Shown here: positions 16,217 to 23,655 of the stretch, one piece after another
Layout: each line of letters begins with the position of its first letter
Numbering within the stretch: position 1 is the stretch's first letter
DNA from: Archaeoglobus fulgidus DSM 4304
GTDB taxonomy: Archaea > Halobacteriota > Archaeoglobi > Archaeoglobales > Archaeoglobaceae
Direction of reading: 5' to 3'
Length of the DNA: 32,000 nucleotides
NCBI RefSeq assembly: GCF_000008665.1
Contig: NC_000917.1
Coordinates: forward strand, 1,170,001-1,202,000
Position numbers and translations under genes: made by a program
The notes under the pieces: model-generated
Database searches by the model: none
What the model saw: the letters and a program-made list of their open reading frames with translations, nothing else
What the model was told of the DNA's origin: nothing

Positions 16217-16768
16217 AAGATACTGCTTCAAGTCCCTTTTCAGGGCTGAAACTTCCCCCTTTTTAGCGCAGACTGGATAAATAACGTGCCTCCATTTTTC
16301 CCACGGCGGTTGCATCCCCAGCATCTCGGCAATTTTGTTGAGATTGGTGATATCATCAACCTTATCCATTTTATTGGCTGCAAGAAAGACTCTCGGTGTG
16401 ACATCATTCAGAAACTCGAACATCTCTATCTCAACGGGGATGTATCCTCTTTTTTCCCACCTCTCAGCAATTTCGAGAAAGGAGCTTGCGTCGATAACCT
16501 CGACTGACGCAACTATTCTCCTTGCATTGGTTTCGATGTACTCAACAACGAAATCCTTCACCCTCTCGCTGAAGTTTCTGCTGTAGCCGCTCACGTAGCC
16601 GAATCCGGGCAAATCGGTGAAAATTACACTTCCAACCTGAAAGGAGTTCGGTCTGATGGTCGTTCCGGGCTTTTTTCCCTTCCTGACCTCGAATTTGAAG
16701 AGGGCTGAGAATAAGGTTGACTTTCCAACGTTTGACCTGCCTGCGAATATGACCTCCTTTACTTTCAT
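16175..16768 (-). CDS. engB: GTP-binding protein EngB (YihA/YsxC)
   Basis: G1 GRSNVGKST, G3 DLPGFG, G4 NKMDK, and 197 aa length. Confidence 0.9.
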   Translation of the reverse strand: MKVKEVIFAGRSNVGKSTLFSALFKFEVRKGKKPGTTIRPNSFQVGSVIFTDLPGFGYVSGYSRNFSERVKDFVVEYIETNARRIVASVEVIDASSFLEIAERWEKRGYIPVEIEMFEFLNDVTPRVFLAANKMDKVDDITNLNKIAEMLGMQPPWEKWRHVIYPVCAKKGEVSALKRDLKQYLLSLNLRDAAKAFR

Positions 16769-16804
16769 GTTAAGGCTTGGTGGTGAGGGTTTATGACCCT
16801 TGAG

Positions 16805-17084
16805 TTATATCCAGCCCAGAATGCCGCCGAAGATTGCAAGCATCGCAGCATCGAAGGATAGGATTGCTCCAGCCGTAATAGCCTGCTTTCTCACCGATTC
16901 CATGTCGTAAATCCAGTATGCGGCGAGGAAGAAGGGCAGGTAGCCGATGAGGAAGATTAGCACAGGCATTGGCATTCCAACATGGATACTCCCAGGTTAG
17001 GACACCAGCTGTATTGAGAATGATTTCAACAGCCACGCATGCTGCCGAAAGCACGATGGCGTAGAAAAGCCTGTTTGGGACCAT
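16805..17084 (-). pseudogene. Small membrane-protein locus split between two frames (apparent 1-nt frameshift), or a stand-alone 56-aa membrane protein (16805-16975)
   Basis: The track ORF (16791-17084) begins with a plausible transmembrane segment, MVPNRLFYAIVLSAACVAVEIILNTAGVLTWEYP, then becomes low-complexity and implausible. The +1 frame, open from 16996, reads ...MPMPVLIFLIGYLPFFLAAYWIYDMESVRKQAITAGAILSFDAAMLAIFGGILGWI*, with TAA at 16805-16807. This looks like two clean transmembrane helices. The span is 280 nt, which is not a multiple of 3. Confidence 0.4.
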
Positions 17085-17180
17085 TGAAACTGTCCCGCAT
17101 CCCTCAAAATCGCCAGAGCCTGCATGGCAGTGGGCATGCTGTGTTCTGGCATCGTGTATTTTTAAACTTTTCGAAAATGT

Positions 17181-17196
17181 AAAAATTTATTAATAT
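17181..17196 (+). promoter_or_regulatory. TATA box for the GlpA-like gene
   Basis: aaaaatttattaatat is centred ~26 nt upstream of the GTG start at 17215. Confidence 0.45.
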
Positions 17197-17214
17197 CTCC
17201 GCTCAACACCCTCC

Positions 17215-18576
17215 GTGAAGGACGTGCTCATTGTTGGCGCTGGTGTAACGGGAAGCTTCATCGCAAAGGAGCTTTCAAAGTACCACCTCGACGTTGTGGT
17301 TGTTGAGAGGAAGTCCGGCCCCGGCCTCGACCAGACGAAGGGCTGCTCTGGGATAATTCATCCCCTCCAGCTCCCCTTCGGCTCATTAAAAAGCAAGCTC
17401 TGCCTTAAGGGCAACGCAATGATGGATGCGGAGGCTGAGGAGCTCGGCTTCACCTTCAAGAGGGTAGGGCTAATTCTCGTTGCTACCAACATCATAACCT
17501 TCCTTGCAATTCCCCTCATCCAGCTTTACTTCAGGCTAAACGGAGTGGTTTCGAAAAGGCTGGGCAAGAAAAAGGTTCTTGAAATGGTTCCCAATTTGAG
17601 GGAGGACATCTGGGGCGGACTCTTCCTCCCGACTGCTGGAGTTGTCAATCCTGTCGAGATGACAGCATCAGCAATAAGGTTTGCGAAGGCAAACGGCGTT
17701 GAGGTTCACTACGACTGTGAAGTTGTTGGTATTGAGAGGAAAGGAGAGGGATTCATTGTTAAAACAACCAAGGGCGATTTTGAGGCGAGATGCGTCATAA
17801 ACTGTGCGGGCCTTTACGCTGACGAGATTGCGAAAATGGTTGGCTACGAGATGACCATCACACCGGGAAAGGGAACGCACATAGTTTTTGCCGAGAGGGG
17901 CTTCTCAAACCACCTCACCGTCGCAATCCCCCTCAAGCCCAATAAGAGGACGAAGGGGGGAGGAGCGCTCATAGGCTTCGACGGAAAGCCGCTCTGGGGG
18001 CCCAATTTGATTGACGTGGAAAGCAAGGAGGACACCTCCGTAAAGAAGGAGGAGATTGAGGGCATAATCGAGAAGTTCTCCCCCCTCTTCACGAGGAAGC
18101 CTGAAGGTGTCGTAGCCTTCTACGCTGGTCTGAGGTCGATTGCAGGGACTGACTTCGTAATCAACCAGCCCGTTGAGGGATTCATCAACGTTGCAGGCAT
18201 TCAGAGCCCCGGACTGACTGCTGCTCCGGCCATCGCCGAGATGGTAATTGAAATGCTGTCATCAAGGTTTGAGCTTAGGAGAAAGGAGGAGATTAAAAGG
18301 CCGGAGTGGATTAGGCTGGCCGAGCTGGATGAGGATGAAGTGAGGAAGGCTATAGAGGAAAATGAGGATTTCGGAGAGATAGTCTGCCTTTGCAACATGG
18401 TCAGCAAAGCTGAGATTTTGAGGGCGGTAGAGGAGGGAGAGTGCTTTGATACTGTAAGGCACCTCACGTGGGCGGGAATGGACTGCTGCAAGTGCCATGC
18501 CGAGATCATGCAGCTAATAGAGGAGAAGACTGGAAAGGCGAGGAAGGAGATTGAGGGAAGTGATATTGTATGGTAG
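17215..18576 (+). CDS. glpA: FAD-dependent glycerol-3-phosphate-dehydrogenase-like oxidoreductase with a C-terminal BFD-like [2Fe-2S] domain
   Basis: N-terminal VLIVGAGVTGSFIAKEL is an FAD GxGxxG motif in a DAO-family body. The C-terminal CLCNMVSKAEILRAV...GMDCCKCH is the BFD-like 2Fe-2S pattern seen in anaerobic GlpA-type enzymes. Confidence 0.7.
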   Translation: MKDVLIVGAGVTGSFIAKELSKYHLDVVVVERKSGPGLDQTKGCSGIIHPLQLPFGSLKSKLCLKGNAMMDAEAEELGFTFKRVGLILVATNIITFLAIPLIQLYFRLNGVVSKRLGKKKVLEMVPNLREDIWGGLFLPTAGVVNPVEMTASAIRFAKANGVEVHYDCEVVGIERKGEGFIVKTTKGDFEARCVINCAGLYADEIAKMVGYEMTITPGKGTHIVFAERGFSNHLTVAIPLKPNKRTKGGGALIGFDGKPLWGPNLIDVESKEDTSVKKEEIEGIIEKFSPLFTRKPEGVVAFYAGLRSIAGTDFVINQPVEGFINVAGIQSPGLTAAPAIAEMVIEMLSSRFELRRKEEIKRPEWIRLAELDEDEVRKAIEENEDFGEIVCLCNMVSKAEILRAVEEGECFDTVRHLTWAGMDCCKCHAEIMQLIEEKTGKARKEIEGSDIVW

Positions 18577-19271
18577 TGGTTGTTGGTGGTGGTTACGCGG
18601 GTATTTTGATGGCAGAGAGGCTCAGAGAAAAGGGAGTCGTGGCTAAGGTTTACGACATGAGGGGAAAGGGAGGGGAGCTGGCAGAATTTGCGAGGATAGA
18701 GGAGCTGAGAGATTACTACGGGAAATTCATAGAGGTGATTGAGGAAAGCGACGTTGAGGTTACAAAGGGCTGCGTTGTTTCCACCTATCCTTTAAAGGTA
18801 ATTTCTCCGAGAGGAGTAGAAACTGGCAAGGCTGAGGGCTACTTCATCTGCACAGGAGCCGTTGACTTGACCCCTGCAGCATCGGAGGTTTATGGTAAGA
18901 GAGTGGCGGGAATCTTCACCCTTGAGACCGCAATCAGACTGCTGGCGATGGGGAAGAGAATCGGAAATAAGGTTCTAATCCTCGTAAGGAGAGAGGAGGG
19001 GATTTTCAAGGCGCTGGAGGAGCATTTAATCTCTAAAAACTACGAGGTTGAGCTATTGAAATCCAAAAGCCCCGCAGAAGTTTACGGTGGTAAGAGGGTG
19101 GAGAGAGTTGAGATTGATGGTGAAAGCATTGTTTGCGACACCCTCATAGTTTATGGCGGCAGAATGCCCTTCAATCCAAAAAATCTGAAGGGGGAGCTTG
19201 CAGGAAACGTTGTTGAGTGCACCTACGACTACGAAAAAGTTGAGAAAAACGTTCAGAGGATTATGTTCTGA
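18570..19271 (+). CDS. FAD/NAD(P)-binding oxidoreductase subunit (pyridine-nucleotide-disulfide-oxidoreductase-like), probable partner of the GlpA-like enzyme
   Basis: VVVVGGGYAGILMAERL is a dinucleotide-binding motif. The ATG overlaps the upstream gene by 7 nt. Confidence 0.55.
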   Translation: MVVVVGGGYAGILMAERLREKGVVAKVYDMRGKGGELAEFARIEELRDYYGKFIEVIEESDVEVTKGCVVSTYPLKVISPRGVETGKAEGYFICTGAVDLTPAASEVYGKRVAGIFTLETAIRLLAMGKRIGNKVLILVRREEGIFKALEEHLISKNYEVELLKSKSPAEVYGGKRVERVEIDGESIVCDTLIVYGGRMPFNPKNLKGELAGNVVECTYDYEKVEKNVQRIMF

Positions 19272-20263
19272 GCATAGCCGCAGTTAGGACACTTGGGCGG
19301 GTTGTCCCTCACCAGATTGATGTTGTAAACGTAGAATCCCTCCCTTTCAATCAGCAATTCCCCGCAGTTGGGGCAGTAGGTGTTCTCGTACCTATGCCCC
19401 CAGACGTTTCCCGCGTAAACGTACTCAATTCCTTCCTTCTTGGCTATCTCTACAGCCTCCTCAATCTTTTCAACGGGCGTTGGCGGTTTGTCGAGCATCT
19501 TGTAATCTGGATGGAAGCGGGAGAAGTGGACAGGGATTTTTGGAGATAAATCTGCCACCCACCTGCAGAAGTCTCTCAGCTCCTCTCTGCTGTCGTTTTC
19601 GCCGGGAATGATGAGGTAGGTCAGCTCGACAAAAACACCCTTTCGGTGAAGGTACTCGACCGTCTCAAGCACGTGCTCAAGCTTAGCCTTGCATATTTTT
19701 TTGTAAAAGTCTTCGCTAAAGGCCTTGACGTCAACATTGGCTGCATCAAGCACACCTTCAAACTGGTCAACCGCTTCTGGCGTCATGTAGCCGTTGGTGA
19801 CGTAAACCACATAGTATCCAGACTCCTTTACGAGCTTTGAGCTGTCCAGAGCAAACTCATGCCAGATTGCCGGCTCGTTGTATGTCCAAGCAACCCCATC
19901 CGCCCTTCTGTCAATGCACATCCTCAAAACCGTATCCGGGTCGATTTCTCTAAGGTAGGAGTAGTCAAGATCGGCGAAGGCAATCTCAAAGTTCTGGCAG
20001 TGCAGGCAGCGGAAGTTGCAGCTCACACTGCCGAATGACAAAACCTTGCTGCCGGGCTTGAAGTTGTTGAGTGGCTTTTTCTCGATTGGGTCGAGAGCTA
20101 TCGAGGATGCCATTCCGTAGTTTAAAACCAGCAGCTCCCCTCCTTCGTTCTTCCTGACCCTGCAGATTCCTGTTTTTCCTTCCTTGATAATGCAGCGATG
20201 CCAGCAGGTTTTGCACCTTACATCTCCGTTAAGCTTCTCGTAAAGGTACGACCTCACTATCAT
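19253..20263 (-). CDS. AmmeMemoRadiSam-type radical SAM enzyme (PflA-like activase family)
   Basis: CNFRCLHCQN is the CxxxCxxC radical SAM cluster motif. It is preceded by DPIEKKPLNNFKPGSKVLSFGSVSC and an N-terminal VRCKTCWHRCIIKEGKTGICRVRKNEGGEL, a pattern characteristic of the AmmeMemoRadiSam subgroup. Confidence 0.8.
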   Translation of the reverse strand: MIVRSYLYEKLNGDVRCKTCWHRCIIKEGKTGICRVRKNEGGELLVLNYGMASSIALDPIEKKPLNNFKPGSKVLSFGSVSCNFRCLHCQNFEIAFADLDYSYLREIDPDTVLRMCIDRRADGVAWTYNEPAIWHEFALDSSKLVKESGYYVVYVTNGYMTPEAVDQFEGVLDAANVDVKAFSEDFYKKICKAKLEHVLETVEYLHRKGVFVELTYLIIPGENDSREELRDFCRWVADLSPKIPVHFSRFHPDYKMLDKPPTPVEKIEEAVEIAKKEGIEYVYAGNVWGHRYENTYCPNCGELLIEREGFYVYNINLVRDNPPKCPNCGYAQNIIL

Positions 20264-21252
20264 AGCTCGCTCCAGATTTCTCTAATTTCCTTCGCGTACT
20301 CCTCGGGAACAAAGAAGACAACGCTCTCGTCGTGGAACATTTTCGGATAGAACACGTCGCACCAGTAGTACTTTGCGAAAGGTGTTCTGGCAACGATGTT
20401 GATGTTAGTCCTGAAGTGATCGCCGATTCTGTCAGCACAAAACATCGAGAAGTTGAACGCATTGAGATTTTTCCTTCCGTAGTACCTCAAAATTTTCGCT
20501 ATTCCTTCAGCGATGCCCTTCAGCTGCTCATCGCTCATCTGCATAAACTCCCTCTCTTCGGGTATGCCTGTGAAGTGGAAGAACCCCTTCGGAGCGAAGG
20601 CAGCGACCCACTCGGTTTTATCGGTGCTGCCGATGTATCTCTCTCCTCCCTTTTCAACCTCCGCAAGCTTTTTCCAGTAGTCAACGCCGTTGCTCTCTTT
20701 GAACTCAAGAGCGCTCCAGTCGAGTCTAGCGAAGTAGTCGGTTGACACCTCACTTATCATTACCTGAATGTGGGGGTGCATTATGCTGCTTCCGGAGGGC
20801 TTAAGATAGTTCATTCCGATGGTTACGTAATACTTCCCTTCGGGAACTTTCTTCACGTATTCCTGAATCAGCTTGAAGGCGTCGAAGAAGTGCTGCGACT
20901 TGAACTCCGAAACGGGAACGTAGTGCTCCTCAGTCAGCCTCAAAACGAGGGAGTATTTCGAATACGGCGTGAGGTTGGAGAAAAGCACAGCCTCCCCCCT
21001 CTTCCATAGCTCACCTTCCATTATCTCGGGGTCTCGAGACACCATCTGCTCAATCCTTTCTGGGCAGAAAGGGCACCAGGACCTCGTGCTATCAATCTCC
21101 TCCTGAAAATCCCCACTCTGCATCGGAATTGTCTTTTTCAGAATTCTCGACGTCTGCAGCGTCAGAGGGTCGTAGCGTATTTCAACAACGTTCTCTTCAA
21201 CCTTGCCACCAACAAGAATCTTCGCAACCTCAACCTCTTTTCGAAATTCCAT
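20260..21252 (-). CDS. Galactose-1-phosphate uridylyltransferase-like (GalT/HIT superfamily) nucleotidyltransferase or phosphorylase
   Basis: HPHIQVM is the HxHxQ active-site motif, and WCPFCPE is the zinc CxxC upstream. The stop overlaps the downstream radical SAM ATG as ATGA (20260-20263). Confidence 0.65.
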   Translation of the reverse strand: MEFRKEVEVAKILVGGKVEENVVEIRYDPLTLQTSRILKKTIPMQSGDFQEEIDSTRSWCPFCPERIEQMVSRDPEIMEGELWKRGEAVLFSNLTPYSKYSLVLRLTEEHYVPVSEFKSQHFFDAFKLIQEYVKKVPEGKYYVTIGMNYLKPSGSSIMHPHIQVMISEVSTDYFARLDWSALEFKESNGVDYWKKLAEVEKGGERYIGSTDKTEWVAAFAPKGFFHFTGIPEEREFMQMSDEQLKGIAEGIAKILRYYGRKNLNAFNFSMFCADRIGDHFRTNINIVARTPFAKYYWCDVFYPKMFHDESVVFFVPEEYAKEIREIWSEL

Positions 21253-21322
21253 GTATGTTCTTGGCTACCGAAGATTTAAAGATTATGAACAACCTTAAAC
21301 TTCCTGAGGTGTAGGTGGTGCG

Positions 21323-21871
21323 ATGAACCTGGATGAGCTTCTGCTCCTCATCGAAAAGAACAGGTCTCAGCTATCAAAAATTGATGATGATTTCTACGAA
21401 AAGCTGAGAGAAAGGATAGCAGAGCTGGAAGAGATGAAGAGCTCCGCAGGAGAGAGCGACTTTTTCAGGTACGAGGATGAGATCAGAACGCTGAAAAGGC
21501 TGCAGAGGAAAATTTTCGAGCTGAGAACCGGAAAGATAATCAGCGCTGCTTGGGCTGAGGTTTGCGGGCAGCAGTTCAGCAGCGATGTCGAGAACATGTG
21601 CAGCGATGAAAGGGTATTTTTCAAAAAGCTGATTGACATAATAAAGGAGTTCAAAAGGAGCATTCTCGAAGGAGGAAAAAGGAAAATTTCCGACAGAGTT
21701 CTTGTAAGGATTAAAAAGGATGTTGAGATACAGGGGGCTGACGGAAAAACATATAAATTGAGGAGGGAAGATGTGGTTACACTCCCTCAGTTGAACGCTG
21801 ATGCTCTAATCAAGGGTGGTATCGCTGAGAGAATAGAGGTGAAAGAGGATGAAGTATCCCAAGAAGGTTAA
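21323..21871 (+). CDS. GINS complex subunit Gins51-like (DNA replication)
   Basis: N-terminal [11 protein letters not shown]...[21 protein letters not shown] and the helical A-domain ([16 protein letters not shown]) are followed by a small C-terminal beta B-domain ([46 protein letters not shown]). This matches the archaeal Gins51 pattern as I recall it. GGTGGTG lies 3 nt upstream of the ATG. Confidence 0.6.
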   Translation: MNLDELLLLIEKNRSQLSKIDDDFYEKLRERIAELEEMKSSAGESDFFRYEDEIRTLKRLQRKIFELRTGKIISAAWAEVCGQQFSSDVENMCSDERVFFKKLIDIIKEFKRSILEGGKRKISDRVLVRIKKDVEIQGADGKTYKLRREDVVTLPQLNADALIKGGIAERIEVKEDEVSQEG

Positions 21872-22130
21872 GACGTTCTGCCGATATTGCGGAAAACACA
21901 CTCTCCACGAAGTCGAGAGAGTTAGCAAGGGGAAGGCAAGCTCACTGAACTGGATCAACAGGCAGAAGAAGAGGAGGGGAAAAGTTGGTAACCTCGGTAA
22001 GTTCAGCAAGGTTCCCGGTGGGGATAAGCCGACGAAGAGGGTGAACATCAGATTTCGCTGCACTGAGTGCAAGAAAGCTCACCACCGCCCGACGTGGAGA
22101 GCGAAGAGGTTTGAACTAATTGAGAGGTAA
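21849..22130 (+). CDS. rpl44e: 50S ribosomal protein L44e (eL42)
   Basis: [22 protein letters not shown]...[11 protein letters not shown], a zinc ribbon, 93 aa. Confidence 0.95.
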   Translation: MKYPKKVKTFCRYCGKHTLHEVERVSKGKASSLNWINRQKKRRGKVGNLGKFSKVPGGDKPTKRVNIRFRCTECKKAHHRPTWRAKRFELIER

Positions 22131-22143
22131 AGGGGGTGGTGGT

Positions 22144-22320
22144 GTGCACAGCAGGTTTGTCAAGGTCAAGTGCCCTGACTGCGAGCACGAGCAGGTAATT
22201 TTCGACCACCCCTCCACCATCGTCAAGTGCATAATCTGCGGAAGGACCGTTGCGGAGCCCACAGGCGGGAAGGGCAACATAAAGGCTGAGATAATTGAAT
22301 ACGTTGACCAGATAGAGTAA
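22144..22320 (+). CDS. rps27e: 30S ribosomal protein S27e (eS27)
   Basis: (M)[44 protein letters not shown] prefer the GTG at 22144, which is preceded by GGGGGTGGTG, giving 58 aa. The track ORF starts at a TTG at 22120. Confidence 0.9.
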   Translation: MHSRFVKVKCPDCEHEQVIFDHPSTIVKCIICGRTVAEPTGGKGNIKAEIIEYVDQIE

Positions 22321-22338
22321 TCCCCTTTTACAATTTTG

Positions 22339-22701
22339 TTAAATTAATGCCAGGACACCGGTCATCACTTTTACCAAGAATTCCACTTCGGGGAAGCCGG
22401 TCAACAAAAGCAGGTTGTGCACCGAGCATATCCCAAGCACGGCTGTGGAGATTGCAAGGCCTGCAACAAGGCCTATATAAATTCCCCTGCCGAGCGAAAA
22501 GCTTAGCCTTCGAGTATAGAGGAGGAGGGCAAAGGCTGTGGCAACAATAGCGATTTTGAGAAGAAGGAATGAAGCGGGATTTAGGGATGATACGAACTCG
22601 TTAAGCTCATGAAATCCCATTTCGATGCCCTTCACCGTTGTCATGTAGTCGGCAAGATTCACGATTGCGAACGTCATCATAAGGAGGTCTGTTTTCTCCA
22701 T
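22339..22701 (-). CDS. Small integral membrane protein (DUF5658-like)
   Basis: From the internal ATG at 22701: MEKTDLLMMTFAIVNLADYMTTVKGIEMGFHELNEFV..., followed by 3 hydrophobic helices. The N-terminal 67 codons of the track ORF overlap the cbiB promoter and start region and look non-coding. Confidence 0.5.
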   Translation of the reverse strand: MEKTDLLMMTFAIVNLADYMTTVKGIEMGFHELNEFVSSLNPASFLLLKIAIVATAFALLLYTRRLSFSLGRGIYIGLVAGLAISTAVLGICSVHNLLLLTGFPEVEFLVKVMTGVLALI

Positions 22702-22710
22702 ACTTACAAT

Positions 22711-22756
22711 ATTGCAATTACAATATAACAAGTTTTTGTTTGCAAAAGTTTTATAC
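22711..22756. promoter_or_regulatory. Divergent promoter region with two TATA-like boxes
   Basis: aaaagttttatac (22744-22756) is centred ~27 nt upstream of cbiB ATG 22778. ttatattgtaatt (minus strand, ~22715-22728) is ~20-25 nt upstream of the minus-strand ATG at 22701. Confidence 0.4.
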
Positions 22757-22777
22757 ACGCCCACACCTCTGAAATTG

Positions 22778-23650
22778 ATGGGTATTGAGGTCGTGGTTCT
22801 GCTCACCACTTTAATGCTTGATGCGGCAGTTGGAGAGCCTCCGGCGTTGCTACATCCGGTGGTGTGGTACGGAAAGCTGATCTCTCTCCTTGAGAGGGCC
22901 AAATTCAGAAAGATGTTGGTAGAGATTTTTTATGGAGCCTTTTGCTGTTTAATTGTCATAACCTTCGCCCTGATTCTCTCCTTGCTTCCCTTCCCTTACC
23001 CCCTGAACTTTCTCTGGGCCGTTTACCTTCTTTTTTCCTCCATATCGGTGAAAAGCATGGTGAACCACGCCAGAGTGTGTGTAGAGAGCGGAGTGGACAG
23101 GAAAGCCGTGCAGATGATTGTGAGCAGAAATACGGAAGAGCTGAGCGAGGAGCAGCTTTGCTCTGCAGTAATTGAATCCGTTGCGGAGAACTATGTTGAT
23201 GGAGTTGTTGCTCCCCTCTTCTACTTCTCAATTTTCGGAGTTGCGGGAGCGGTGGTTTACAGGGCTGTTAACACCTGCGATGCGATGGTGGGATACAGGA
23301 AAGGCAGATACGAGGCTTTCGGGAAGTTTGCCGCAAGGCTTGATGATATCCTGAACTACATTCCCGCAAGGCTTTCCCTGCTCTTCTTCGAGCTTTTGAA
23401 GAGAGGGGCATTTTCCTACGGCTTGAAGAGAAATGTGAAGCTGAATGGCTGCGCAATAGCGGCGATGTCCTACTTGCTTGGCGTTAAGCTTGAGAAGCCA
23501 GGATACTACTCTCTTCCGGGCATAGAGCCAAGTGCTGCTGACATTGAAAGGGCGATAAAGGCTTTTGTAAGACTCACAGTAATTGCAGTAATCTTCACAA
23601 CCATTGCAGTTTCAATCAGGATAGTGTTATTAACAAAGCTGCACTTCTGA
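22778..23650 (+). CDS. cbiB: Adenosylcobinamide-phosphate synthase CbiB
   Basis: From ATG 22778: MGIEVVVLLTTLMLDAAVGEPPALLHPVVWYGKLI, the canonical CbiB N-terminus. It is a membrane protein of ~290 aa. Confidence 0.9.
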   Translation: MGIEVVVLLTTLMLDAAVGEPPALLHPVVWYGKLISLLERAKFRKMLVEIFYGAFCCLIVITFALILSLLPFPYPLNFLWAVYLLFSSISVKSMVNHARVCVESGVDRKAVQMIVSRNTEELSEEQLCSAVIESVAENYVDGVVAPLFYFSIFGVAGAVVYRAVNTCDAMVGYRKGRYEAFGKFAARLDDILNYIPARLSLLFFELLKRGAFSYGLKRNVKLNGCAIAAMSYLLGVKLEKPGYYSLPGIEPSAADIERAIKAFVRLTVIAVIFTTIAVSIRIVLLTKLHF

Positions 23651-23655
23651 AACCA

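Noticed and set aside
22702-22902. N-terminal 67 codons of the 187-aa minus-strand ORF (22339-22902)
   Set aside because: This part overlaps the cbiB start and promoter and reads as non-protein-like sequence (SNAGGSPTAASSIKVVSRTTTS...). The hydrophobic protein begins at the internal ATG at 22701, which has its own TATA-like box.
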